Of a stretch of 44,273 bases of DNA, positions 18,792 to 28,108 are shown piece after piece. The notes under the pieces were generated by a model. The model ran no database searches. It was not told the origin of the DNA and was given only the letters and a program-made list of their open reading frames with translations. This DNA is from a candidate division WOR-3 bacterium (lineage in GTDB: Bacteria; Hydrothermota; Tepidihabitantia; Tepidihabitantales; CAIPLT01): contig CBFGJZ010000003.1 in NCBI GenBank assembly GCA_965649215.1, positions 1 to 44,273 on the forward strand, written 5' to 3'. The translations under genes and the position numbers were made by a program. How positions within the stretch are numbered: the stretch's first letter is position 1; each line of letters begins with the position of its first letter.

Positions 18792-21668
18792 CTACCGTAA
18801 TATTTTGCTTAATGAGTTAGACCAGATTTTTTCCATTATCTTTAGTTTGAGATTAACTATTAGATTATCTTTGACTCCATATATCTTCATCGTATCTGAT
18901 GAATTAGTTTTACCGATCAATACATGCGGCAAGTTTTTCATGATTGATTCAAATTTTTTCTGATTTTCTTTTGGTATTGAAACTACAAAGCGGCTATTTG
19001 ATTCAGAAAAAAGAAGCATAAGATTTAACGAGGTATCATTCGCAGAATTCATGTTAAATCTTCTTAAAAAGATCTCTGCTCCAATGCGACCCGCAAAACA
19101 CATCTCTGCTAATGCAATTGCTAATCCGCCTTCTGATAAATCATGGCAGGCAGAAACTAAACCTAATTTAATTGCTTTATGTAACGCACGGAAAATCTTA
19201 ATGCTGAGTTTGGGGTCAAAGCCGAGCATCGTATCTTCTGTTGTCATCGAATTCGTTTTACCAAGTAAGTAAATCAATTCATCTGCCTCTTTAAAATCCA
19301 TTGTGATGGTCTTATTTATATCTGAAATGATACTAACTGCTGAGATAAGTAATGTTGACGGAATCGAAATGGTCTCGCCGTTGATTGACTTGTATTCATT
19401 ATATAAACTATCCTTACCTGATATAAATGGTGTCTCGTAAACTTTAGCAATATCATAACACGCTTGGCACGCCCGAACTAACTCTGCTAAAATCTCGGGT
19501 TTTTCTGGATTACCCCAACAAAAATTATCAAGTAAAGCAGTCTTGTCAGGATCGCCGCCAACCGCAACAATATTTCTCAATGCTTCATCAATGGCAGATG
19601 CAGCCATCCAATACGCATCATCTTGATATTGAGGACAGACACCACATGCTACAACTACTGCTTTGTTAGAATCAGTAAGTGGTTTAATCACACAAGCATC
19701 AGACGGACCATTATTTTCTTTGCCGACAAATGGTTTGATACTGGTTTTACCTTGAACTTCAAAATCATATTGTCGGATGATCCATTCTTTGCTAGCAATA
19801 TTATAGTTGCCAAGTAAATCTAAAATATGTTTATTAAAATCACTTTTCTTAAATTGCACCCGCTCTTTTTTTTCTCTCCTCTTGCATTTCACAGATAAGA
19901 CACAACGTGCAGACATCTTTCTTTTAGGTAGGCCACGATGTAAAAATTTCAAATCAATATCGCCAACTTTTTTATCAAAGTATTTTAAAACCAAACGCCC
20001 GCTATTATTTATTTTGCCAATAATACTTGCTTCCACATTATATAATTGGCTTAATTTCAGAAACGCTTTAATTTTGTGTGGCGCGATGAAAAGAATCATT
20101 CTCTCCTGAGCCTCGGATATCCAGATTTCAGTATATGAAAGTCCTGCATACTTTAACGGCACTTTTTCTAAATTAACCACCGCACCATATTTTGCTAGTT
20201 CGCCAATTGCTGACGAAAGTCCACCACCGCCACAATCGGTTGTGGCATGAAAGAGATTTTTATCTCGAGCATCAAGCATTAAATCCGTTACTTTCTTTTC
20301 TTCAATTGGGTTTCCAATTTGGACCGCGCCCGACGACACTTGTTTAGATTCTCCATCTAACTCTAACGAGGCAAAAGTTACGCCGTGAATACCGTCTCGG
20401 CCCGTTCGACCACCAATCAAAACAATCAAATCGCCATTAACAATCTTTTTATGTATTTTATCCTTGGGAATAATTCCTAAAGTGCCACAATAAACCAAAG
20501 GATTTGCAACAAACCTTTCATCAAAAACAACTGCGCCCGATGCGGTTGGAATTCCCATTCGATTACCATAATCACGCACACCTGCGACCACACCTCTAAT
20601 AATCCGCTTGGGTGATAAAACGCCAACGGGGATTTTACTTTTCGCCATATCTGGTGGCGCAAAACAAAAGACATCTGTATTTAAAATTGGTTTGGCGCCA
20701 AGTCCGGTACCTAAACAATCACGAATCACACCACCAATACCAGTTGCAGCACCACCATATGGTTCTAAAGCAGAAGGATGATTATGGGTCTCGACTTTAA
20801 AGGAAATACCATATTGGTCATCAAACTCAATTACCCCCGAGTTATCTTCAAATACTGATAAGCACCATTTCTTATTAAGTTCTTGCGTGACTTTTTTGAT
20901 ATAGGTTTTTAATAACCCTTTGATCACTTGTTTCTTTTCCCCATCATCATAAATAATATCCGCAGAAAATGTTTTGTGTTTGCAATGTTCAGACCAAGTT
21001 TGGGCAAAAGTTTCAAGCTCAATGTCCGTTGGGTTACGACCTAACTTTTTATAATAATTTTGAATTACCAGCATCTCGCTTTCATTTAGAGCCAAAAGCC
21101 GTGCTTGAGAAATTTCTCTTAATTCGGTAGGTGTTTTATCTAAAATCTCAATCTTTTGAATCGGAAACTCACTTCTTTTATGCCAAGCTGGTTCTTGTTG
21201 TAGAATCTTCGGGTCAGTTAAAATTTGCTCTACTAATGGATTATAAAGTAAATTCTCACCAATCTTTTGAATCTCTTGTTTACTTAACTTACCCTGAAAA
21301 ATATACTGCTTGGCAGTTCTCACCCAACAGTCCTTATAACCTAAATCAGCCAAAAGCTGCATCACATTTTCCGCCGCGGGATCCATTACTCCTTGCCGAT
21401 AGATTATTTCAATAGATTGAGGCTTTTGGATTTTATCCCAATCTTTAATATTTACGATACGATAATTTTCAGAGACAGGATCATAGATATAATTTCGAGC
21501 AATCTTTATGATCTCTTTTTCGTTAAGGTCGGTCTTAAGATAATAGATAACATAGATTATCACACCATCGCATTTTTTTATCCCTAAATCTTGAATGCCA
21601 TGGATAATTGTTACCTCTTCGGGATTTAAACCTTTTTTTCTAATCTCAATTCGCCAAATGTTGTTCAT
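18792..21668 (-). CDS. purL: Phosphoribosylformylglycinamidine synthase PurL with N-terminal PurS-like domains
   Basis: QTWSEHCKHK, FKVETHNHPSALEPYGGAATGIGGVIRD, DCGGGGLS, SEAQERM, HDLSEGGL. N-terminus carries YDPVSE, GVMDP and LYNPLVE PurS-like motifs. No glutaminase (PurQ) domain. Confidence 0.95.
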   Translation of the reverse strand: MNNIWRIEIRKKGLNPEEVTIIHGIQDLGIKKCDGVIIYVIYYLKTDLNEKEIIKIARNYIYDPVSENYRIVNIKDWDKIQKPQSIEIIYRQGVMDPAAENVMQLLADLGYKDCWVRTAKQYIFQGKLSKQEIQKIGENLLYNPLVEQILTDPKILQQEPAWHKRSEFPIQKIEILDKTPTELREISQARLLALNESEMLVIQNYYKKLGRNPTDIELETFAQTWSEHCKHKTFSADIIYDDGEKKQVIKGLLKTYIKKVTQELNKKWCLSVFEDNSGVIEFDDQYGISFKVETHNHPSALEPYGGAATGIGGVIRDCLGTGLGAKPILNTDVFCFAPPDMAKSKIPVGVLSPKRIIRGVVAGVRDYGNRMGIPTASGAVVFDERFVANPLVYCGTLGIIPKDKIHKKIVNGDLIVLIGGRTGRDGIHGVTFASLELDGESKQVSSGAVQIGNPIEEKKVTDLMLDARDKNLFHATTDCGGGGLSSAIGELAKYGAVVNLEKVPLKYAGLSYTEIWISEAQERMILFIAPHKIKAFLKLSQLYNVEASIIGKINNSGRLVLKYFDKKVGDIDLKFLHRGLPKRKMSARCVLSVKCKRREKKERVQFKKSDFNKHILDLLGNYNIASKEWIIRQYDFEVQGKTSIKPFVGKENNGPSDACVIKPLTDSNKAVVVACGVCPQYQDDAYWMAASAIDEALRNIVAVGGDPDKTALLDNFCWGNPEKPEILAELVRACQACYDIAKVYETPFISGKDSLYNEYKSINGETISIPSTLLISAVSIISDINKTITMDFKEADELIYLLGKTNSMTTEDTMLGFDPKLSIKIFRALHKAIKLGLVSACHDLSEGGLAIALAEMCFAGRIGAEIFLRRFNMNSANDTSLNLMLLFSESNSRFVVSIPKENQKKFESIMKNLPHVLIGKTNSSDTMKIYGVKDNLIVNLKLKIMEKIWSNSLSKILR

Positions 21669-21758
21669 TTAATTAATAATCTTTGAAACTACCGCTTAAC
21701 TCAATAAGGTTCATCTTCTCTAGCTAATTTCGTAGTGATATATTTTGTATGATCAGTC

Positions 21759-23066
21759 TTATTTCAGTCCTAAAGTGTAAACTTTTTTCACACCACGCTT
21801 TTTAATTAAGTTGCGGGTATCTAAAATTAACCGACTGTGCTTTAGGATAAAATCCGCATCATATGAATCATGATTAGTCAAGATTAGAACACAATCTGCT
21901 TTATTGAGCACACTAGCACTTAATGGCACTGATCGATAAATTTTACCATTTATTTTAAGCATCGGCACATACGGATCATTATAGGCAATCTTTTTAACTT
22001 TATTAGCTAAAAGTTCCATAACCTTAATGGCTGGCGAGTGACGGGTATCGCCAACATTCTTTTTAAATGCGGCACCAATAATAAAAAGGGATGCGGTTTT
22101 CGACCCAACGCCATTTTCACCAAAGATTTCAAACAATCGGTCAACCACCTTAAATGGCATATTTTCATTAACCTGCGCGGCAAGTTCAATAAAGTTAGAA
22201 TGGAAATCATATTCACGGGCTTTCCAGGCTAAATAATAAGGGTCAATTAAGATACAATGTCCACCAATACCTGGTCCTGGATAAAATGGCATGAAACCAA
22301 ATGGTTTTGATTTGGCGGCTTCAATCACCTCCCAGACATCTAAATTACCCATCCGTTCGCACATCAATGCTAACTCATTAACCAACGCAATATTAACACT
22401 GCGAAAGATATTTTCTAATAGTTTTGACATTTCCGCAACTCTCGGATTTGAAACCGGCACAACCTTATCCACAAATTGACTGTAGAAAAGTTCAGTTAAT
22501 TTAGTGCATGTTTTTGTCACCCCACCAACCACAACCGGTGTGGTCTTTGTGGTAAACACTTTATTACCAGGGTCAATCCGCTCTGGCGCAAACGAAAGAT
22601 AAAAATCCTTACCAACCTTTAAACCACTTTTTTCTAAAATTGGCAAGAGCACTTTTTCAGTCGTTTCCGGATAGGTAGTTGAACGCAAAACAATTAACTG
22701 TCCTTTCTTTAAATATTTACTAATTTCCTCACCAGAATTGATAATATAAGAAACATCTGGGTCTTTTGATTTCGTAAACGGAGTTGGGACACAGATGTTA
22801 ATAATATCACAATCTTTACAAATCTGATAAGTTTGATAACAGACTATCTTTTTATCTTTAACTAACGGTGCTAATTCTTCAGAACTCACATCTTCAATAA
22901 AACTTTTCCCCTGATTAATCCATTTTACTTTCATCTCATCAGTATCAACGCCAAAAACCAAATAACCAGCTTTAGCAATCTCAACGCCTAATGGTAAACC
23001 AACATAACCCATACCAATAATACCAACTTTTGCCGTATGTTTAATTATCTTCTCATGCAATTCCAT
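21759..23066 (-). CDS. UDP-N-acetyl-hexosamine 6-dehydrogenase (WecC/WbpA-type nucleotide-sugar dehydrogenase)
   Basis: GMGYVGLP, ICVPTP, RSTTYP, PERIDPG, AEMSKLLENIFRSVNIALVNEL, GPGIGGHC. AGGAGG upstream. Confidence 0.92.
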   Translation of the reverse strand: MELHEKIIKHTAKVGIIGMGYVGLPLGVEIAKAGYLVFGVDTDEMKVKWINQGKSFIEDVSSEELAPLVKDKKIVCYQTYQICKDCDIINICVPTPFTKSKDPDVSYIINSGEEISKYLKKGQLIVLRSTTYPETTEKVLLPILEKSGLKVGKDFYLSFAPERIDPGNKVFTTKTTPVVVGGVTKTCTKLTELFYSQFVDKVVPVSNPRVAEMSKLLENIFRSVNIALVNELALMCERMGNLDVWEVIEAAKSKPFGFMPFYPGPGIGGHCILIDPYYLAWKAREYDFHSNFIELAAQVNENMPFKVVDRLFEIFGENGVGSKTASLFIIGAAFKKNVGDTRHSPAIKVMELLANKVKKIAYNDPYVPMLKINGKIYRSVPLSASVLNKADCVLILTNHDSYDADFILKHSRLILDTRNLIKKRGVKKVYTLGLK

Positions 23067-23208
23067 TAATTCCTCCTGGTAATATAAAACTTATTAATAA
23101 TATAATTATCCCGTTAATCAATTATTCATTGTATTAGAGTAATCTGATTTGTCAAGCATTTACAAAACTACTCTCCTTGTTTTTTATTAACAAAAGAAAA
23201 TTTGATAA

Positions 23209-23341
23209 AAATGTTACAACCTTGTAACATAAAATAAGAGTCAAAATTAGCTTACTTTTTCACTTAACTCGTTGATAACCAGATAATAATCACTATCTAA
23301 TATTGAGAAAATTGCTGACAAGGGGAGGTATCCTCTCCATC
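23209..23341 (+). repeat. Non-coding element, copy 1 (inverted relative to 36612-36745)
   Basis: Manual alignment to the reverse complement of 36612-36745 gives 14 differences over 134 columns (~90%). Contains the palindrome ATGTTACAA-CC-TTGTAACAT and an IHF consensus at 23265-23277 (minus strand). Confidence 0.92.
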
Positions 23342-23568
23342 ACATAATTATTGAAGATGGAAAGGCATAAACTTTTTAGTTTATTCTTAACGACAATGAA
23401 TAGGATAATTTTAGTTAATTCTATAAGTAAAATTGATTAAGGCAAGAGAACTTGCAATATTAACAAGAAATCAATCACAAAATCAAAAACAATCTTATTT
23501 TAGAATCTTCATCGGTACTCATTTAGTAAGTGAAATCAGAACAATAGAACAGACGATAACTCTATAAT

Positions 23569-25110
23569 TTATACCAAACTACGATCAAAAGTACGATAGT
23601 GGATAGCTTCTGAAATATGATTTGGTTTGATATTGACACTGCCTTCAAGGTCAGCAATGGTCCTTGCTACTTTTAAGATTCGATCATAAGCCCGAGCCGA
23701 AAAACCGACCCGATCAATGGCATTTTTTAAGATGCCTTCACTAATTGAATCAATCTCACAAAACTTCTTTATCTCTTTTGCTTCCATTTGGCTATTATTA
23801 TAAATTGGTTTTCTTCGCTTCAAATCTTTAAATCGCGCAAGTTGAATTGCTCGTGCCTTATTAACTCGAGCTCGAATCTGCTCAGATAGTTCACCCGCTT
23901 CTTTTTTGGCTAACGATTCATATTTTATCGAAGGCACTTCAATGTGCACATCAATTCGGTCCATGAGTGGTCCTGAAATTTTAGCTCGATACTTCTTAAT
24001 CATATGAATTGTGCAACTACATTGTTTATTCGGATCAGAAAAATAACCACACGGACAAGGATTCATCGACGCAACCAGCATAAATCGAGAAGGATAGGTG
24101 ATTGTTGATTTTGCTCGACCAATCGAGACAAAACCATCTTCTAATGGTTGGCGTAAACTTTCTAACACATCCCGATGAAATTCCGGCAATTCATCTAAAA
24201 ACAATACTCCATTATGGGCAAGCGAAACTTCACCGGGTTTCGGATATGCCCCACCGCCAACCAGTCCTGCTTCGGAAATCGAATGGTGGGGTGAACGAAA
24301 GGGACGAGTTGCCACAATTGGTTGATTGTTAAGTAAGGTGCCGGCCACACTGTGAATTTTCGTTGTCTCAAGTGACTCTTCTAATTCCATCTTTGGTAAA
24401 ATTGTTGGTAATCTTCTGGCTAACATTGTTTTCCCGGTCCCAGGTGGACCAAGCATTAAAATATTATGGCCACCAGCTGCAGCCACTTCCAAAGCCCGTT
24501 TTGCTTGTTCTTGACCCTTTACTTCACTAAAATCAACATTATAATCCGAAACCTGTTCAAAGACATTTTCAAAATCAGATTGAATTGGCTCAATCGGTTT
24601 ATTTCCCGATAGAAATTGAATTACTTCCACTAAATTCTCAACCGGATAAACCGTTGCACCTTTAACTAACGCTGCTTCTTGAGCATTCTCTTTGGGTAAA
24701 ATGATGCCGCTAAAATTTCCCTGCCGTGCTGCCATTGCCATTGAGATTGCTCCTTTAATTGGCCGTAACGTACCATCTAAAGACAACTCGCCAAGCATCA
24801 AGAAATTACCAAGAATATTACAGCGAAAAGCACCTAAAGCAGAAAGCATCCCGACTGCGATGGGCAGATCAAAAATTGCTCCTTCTTTTTTAATATCAGC
24901 GGGTGCTAAATTCACCGTGATTCGCCGAATTGGGAATTTATAACCCGAATTTTTAATGGCTGCCGACACTCGATGTTGTGATTCCTTCACTGCATTATCC
25001 GGTAGTCCCACAATGACAAAGGAGTGCAGCCCAAATCCTAAATCAACTTCAACATCAACAACATAGGCGTCGATGCCATATGTGCTAGCAGAAAAAACTT
25101 TGGCAAGCAT
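23569..25110 (-). CDS. comM: YifB/ComM Mg-chelatase-like AAA+ ATPase
   Basis: IVGLPDNAVKES, ITVNLAPAD, GPPGTGKT, RPFRSPHH, GEVSLAHNGVLFLDE, MNPCPCG, SARAYDRILKVARTIADL. Confidence 0.93.
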   Translation of the reverse strand: MLAKVFSASTYGIDAYVVDVEVDLGFGLHSFVIVGLPDNAVKESQHRVSAAIKNSGYKFPIRRITVNLAPADIKKEGAIFDLPIAVGMLSALGAFRCNILGNFLMLGELSLDGTLRPIKGAISMAMAARQGNFSGIILPKENAQEAALVKGATVYPVENLVEVIQFLSGNKPIEPIQSDFENVFEQVSDYNVDFSEVKGQEQAKRALEVAAAGGHNILMLGPPGTGKTMLARRLPTILPKMELEESLETTKIHSVAGTLLNNQPIVATRPFRSPHHSISEAGLVGGGAYPKPGEVSLAHNGVLFLDELPEFHRDVLESLRQPLEDGFVSIGRAKSTITYPSRFMLVASMNPCPCGYFSDPNKQCSCTIHMIKKYRAKISGPLMDRIDVHIEVPSIKYESLAKKEAGELSEQIRARVNKARAIQLARFKDLKRRKPIYNNSQMEAKEIKKFCEIDSISEGILKNAIDRVGFSARAYDRILKVARTIADLEGSVNIKPNHISEAIHYRTFDRSLV

Positions 25111-25190
25111 TAAGTATTTACTATAAAAGAAATTTTAGATAAGTCAACAATAATTATTGACACATCAAAACTATTTTCTAAAATCATGGT

Positions 25191-25367
25191 ATGTTAAAGA
25201 CGGTCTCACCGAAACGACTGAGTAAAACTGCTCGTTCGCTCCTTTTTATTTTGATTATTGTTGTGGTAATTTTAGTTCTCTTATATGCAGTATTTATTCT
25301 CCCTAAATCGCCGCCCCAACCACCGAATCCATTAGCGCTCAGCAAAAGTTTTAAAATGCATCTTTAA
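25191..25367 (+). CDS. Small single-pass membrane protein (58 aa), not in the ORF track
   Basis: MLKTVSPKRLSKTARS-LLFILIIVVVILVLLYAVFIL-PKSPPQPPNPLALSKSFKMHL. Basic N-terminus, one TM helix, Pro-rich tail. TTGACA-16-TAAAAT promoter ends 6 nt before the ATG. Confidence 0.6.
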   Translation: MLKTVSPKRLSKTARSLLFILIIVVVILVLLYAVFILPKSPPQPPNPLALSKSFKMHL

Positions 25368-25695
25368 GGTGTTCAATTTGCTGACCTTGATTATTATAAA
25401 TAATACTTAAGATATCAAATCTAACTTCCTTATCAAGATAATCTTTTTCCTGTAAGTAGTATTCTGCTAAACTTCTTAATTTTTCTTGCTTTTTGAACCC
25501 AACACTTTCAAACGGTTGGATAAGATTTGACCGCCGAGTTTTCACCTCGATGAAAACAATGGTAGACTTATCTTGAGCAATAATGTCAATCTCACCAATG
25601 GAACATCGAAAGTTCTTTTCTAAAATCTTATAACCCTGTTTTTTAAGATAATTTCGGGCTACTTTTTCGCCGGTTTGTCCTAATTGATTAGCCAT
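25351..25695 (-). CDS. yraN: YraN family (UPF0102) putative endonuclease
   Basis: GQTGEKVA..YL...GY.IL..NFR...GEIDIIA, VFIEVKTR, RFDI. Start reassigned to ATG 25695, overlapping the rnhB stop. Confidence 0.92.
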   Translation of the reverse strand: MANQLGQTGEKVARNYLKKQGYKILEKNFRCSIGEIDIIAQDKSTIVFIEVKTRRSNLIQPFESVGFKKQEKLRSLAEYYLQEKDYLDKEVRFDILSIIYNNQGQQIEHLKDAF

Positions 25696-26299
25696 TAAAA
25701 TTAAATTGGGTTTGACGAACAGGTTGAAAACTCTTGCGATGAATCGGTGATGGACCAATTTGACTGATGATTTTTTTATGTTCGACCGTCGGATAACCCT
25801 TATTCTTGAAAAAATTATACTGGGGATATTTTTTATGCAATCTTGTCATTAACCGATCTCGATAGACTTTGGCAATAATCGAAGCACAAGCAATTGAGAT
25901 ACTGCGTTCGTCCCCTTTAATAAGACCCTTGGTTTTAATTACACAATCGGGAATTGCAAAACCATCAACTAATGCTAAATCACATTGCTGATTAAGTTTT
26001 CTCATTGCTCGTTTCATTGCCATAAAAGTAGCATTACGGATATTATAACGGTCAATCTCGTGATGCGTGGCTAAACCAATCCCAATTGCCAATGCTTTCT
26101 TTCTAATAAGCTTATTAAAATATTCTCTCTGCTTAGCTGGTAACTGCTTAGAATCCTTAAGTCCCTTTAATTTTATAAAAGGTGGTAAGATGACCGCAGC
26201 AGCGACGACCGGTCCTGCTAACGCACCGCGTCCAACTTCATCAACCCCACAAAAAACAACTTTCTTTTGCCAGAACAGTAAATCAGGTTTCGCTCTCAA
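25688..26299 (-). CDS. rnhB: Ribonuclease HII
   Basis: GVDEVGRGALAGPVVAAAV, DSKQL, IKGD..SISIACASIIAKVYRD, KGYPT, HRKSF. Confidence 0.97.
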   Translation of the reverse strand: MRAKPDLLFWQKKVVFCGVDEVGRGALAGPVVAAAVILPPFIKLKGLKDSKQLPAKQREYFNKLIRKKALAIGIGLATHHEIDRYNIRNATFMAMKRAMRKLNQQCDLALVDGFAIPDCVIKTKGLIKGDERSISIACASIIAKVYRDRLMTRLHKKYPQYNFFKNKGYPTVEHKKIISQIGPSPIHRKSFQPVRQTQFNFNG

Positions 26300-26651
26300 C
26301 TTTTTCTTCTTTAAGTTTTGCGTCCTGTCCTTTTTTAGTGCGCAGATAATAGAGTTTAGCCCGTCTCACTTTGGCTAACTTTTTAATTTCAATCTTTGTG
26401 ACCACGGGTGAATTTAACGGAAAGATTCTTTCAACTCCAATACCGCGAGACAATTTGCGCACCGTAATCATCTTATTATTCTTATCACCCCGTACTTTAA
26501 TCACGGTTCCTTGAAAGATTTGAATTCGCTCTTTGTCGCCTTCTACTATTTTATGATAAACCTTAACATTGGCACCAACCGGAATGTTTTCCGGAATAAT
26601 TCTTGCTTCTTCCTTAATCTTTTTTTCCTTTACTTTTTTCTCTTTTGCCAT
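26283..26651 (-). CDS. rplS: 50S ribosomal protein L19
   Basis: EGDKERIQIFQG, TVRKLSRGIGVERIFP, KVRRAKLYYLR. Confidence 0.97.
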   Translation of the reverse strand: MAKEKKVKEKKIKEEARIIPENIPVGANVKVYHKIVEGDKERIQIFQGTVIKVRGDKNNKMITVRKLSRGIGVERIFPLNSPVVTKIEIKKLAKVRRAKLYYLRTKKGQDAKLKEEKVESET

Positions 26652-26675
26652 TATTGCCTCCCGATCTTATAAAAT

Positions 26676-27380
26676 TTATACTTTTTGTTTTGTCTTTTGA
26701 TTATCTTCTTGAATCTTTAATAAGTCAGGTCTTCGCTCTTTTGTTAATTTTAACGCCATCTCTTCCCGCCATTCCTTAACTTTTTGGTGATGGCCGGAAA
26801 TTAACACATCGGGCACTTTATAACCCCGAAAATCTGCCGGTCGCGTATAATAGGGAGCATCCAAAAGCCCATTTACAAACGAATCACTCATAACTGATTC
26901 TTTATCAGAGACTACTCCGTTGAGCAATCGAATGGTGGCTTCTAAAATAACTAAAGCAGCTGCTTCACCACCAGCTAAAACATAATCACCAATGGAAATC
27001 TCATCATTAACCAAATGCTCACTCACTCGAAAATCAACTCCTTTATAGCGTCCGCAAATTAAAATCAAATGCTCTTTGGTCGCTAACTCTTGCGCAATTT
27101 TTTGGCTAAAAGGTCGACCTTGAGGAGATAAAAGAATCACATAGGAATTATCTCTCTTTACACTTTCTACTGCTTTAAAGATTGGTTCTGGTTTTAAAAT
27201 CATTCCCGCACCACCACCGAATGGATAATCATCAACAGTTCGATATGAATCATCAGCAAAATCGCGTAAGTTTATTAAATTAACTTCAGTTATTTTTTTC
27301 TCTTGGGCAATCCGAATAACACCACAATTTAAGGGGCTTGAAAAAAATTCCGGAAAGATGGTCACGATGTGGATTTGCAT
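26676..27380 (-). CDS. trmD: tRNA (guanine37-N1)-methyltransferase
   Basis: TIFPE, VDDYPFGGGAGM, LSPQG, CGRYKGVD, SIGDYVLAGGE, YTRP. Confidence 0.97.
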   Translation of the reverse strand: MQIHIVTIFPEFFSSPLNCGVIRIAQEKKITEVNLINLRDFADDSYRTVDDYPFGGGAGMILKPEPIFKAVESVKRDNSYVILLSPQGRPFSQKIAQELATKEHLILICGRYKGVDFRVSEHLVNDEISIGDYVLAGGEAAALVILEATIRLLNGVVSDKESVMSDSFVNGLLDAPYYTRPADFRGYKVPDVLISGHHQKVKEWREEMALKLTKERRPDLLKIQEDNQKTKQKV

Positions 27381-27461
27381 ATCTTCAGATTACCCGACTC
27401 TTTTTAATTATGCTAATAAATATAAAAATGCGCACGAAGGATAGCAAATATCTTGGGTCAA

Positions 27462-27487
27462 ACCCACTTCTTTGAAAAGAGGTGGGT
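27462..27487 (-). terminator. Hairpin downstream of khpA (possible terminator or processing site)
   Basis: ACCCACTTCTTT-GA-AAAGAGGTGGGT inverted repeat 10 bp after the khpA stop. Only a short U-run follows on the minus strand. Confidence 0.5.
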
Positions 27488-27497
27488 AGGATAGTTT

Positions 27498-27728
27498 TTA
27501 TTCTAAGATTTCGAGTTGTGCGCGTTTTCCTTGTTTCATCGCTGCGGCAGAGATAATAGCTCTCATTGCCTTTGCGGTTCGGCCTTCTTTGCCGATAATT
27601 TTGCCGAGGTCGCCTTCGCCAACGCGCAGCTCATATATCAAAGTTTTTTCCCCGGCGATTTCCTTAATGGAAACCTTTTCTGGATGATCTACGAGAGCTT
27701 TTGCCATATATTCGATTAGTTCTTTCAT
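27498..27728 (-). CDS. khpA: KH-domain RNA-binding protein
   Basis: [34 protein letters not shown]. Follows rpsP. GGAGG SD. Confidence 0.93.
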   Translation of the reverse strand: MKELIEYMAKALVDHPEKVSIKEIAGEKTLIYELRVGEGDLGKIIGKEGRTAKAMRAIISAAAMKQGKRAQLEILE

Positions 27729-27737
27729 GTTCTCCTC

Positions 27738-28028
27738 CTAAGCTTCAGATTCCGCTCGAATCTCGCCCGATTCAGCTTGGGCTGTCAGCGGTTTCGTTTG
27801 TTTAGTGTATCTTGTAATGAGTCGTTTCGTGGTATCGGTCGGCTGTGCGCCTTTCGACATCCAGTACTCGACTCGTTCTTTATTTAGTGTTAGGTGTTTC
27901 GTTTTTGGATTATAGTATCCTACTGCCTCAAGATATTTGCCATCCCTCGCACGCCTTGAATCTGCTACTACAATCCGATACAAAGGTACATGTCGTCTAC
28001 CTACACGTTTTAGTCTTATTTTTACCAT
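27738..28028 (-). CDS. rpsP: 30S ribosomal protein S16
   Basis: [32 protein letters not shown]. Confidence 0.97.
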   Translation of the reverse strand: MVKIRLKRVGRRHVPLYRIVVADSRRARDGKYLEAVGYYNPKTKHLTLNKERVEYWMSKGAQPTDTTKRLITRYTKQTKPLTAQAESGEIRAESEA

Positions 28029-28108
28029 AATTTCGCTCTTGTCAATGTAAATAATATAATAACAAAATAAAGTATCTTGTCAATACTATTTGTTAAAACT
28101 GTGTATCC

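Noticed and set aside
21669-21758. Purine or ZTP riboswitch upstream of purL
   Set aside because: No recognisable aptamer motifs or stems in 90 bp.
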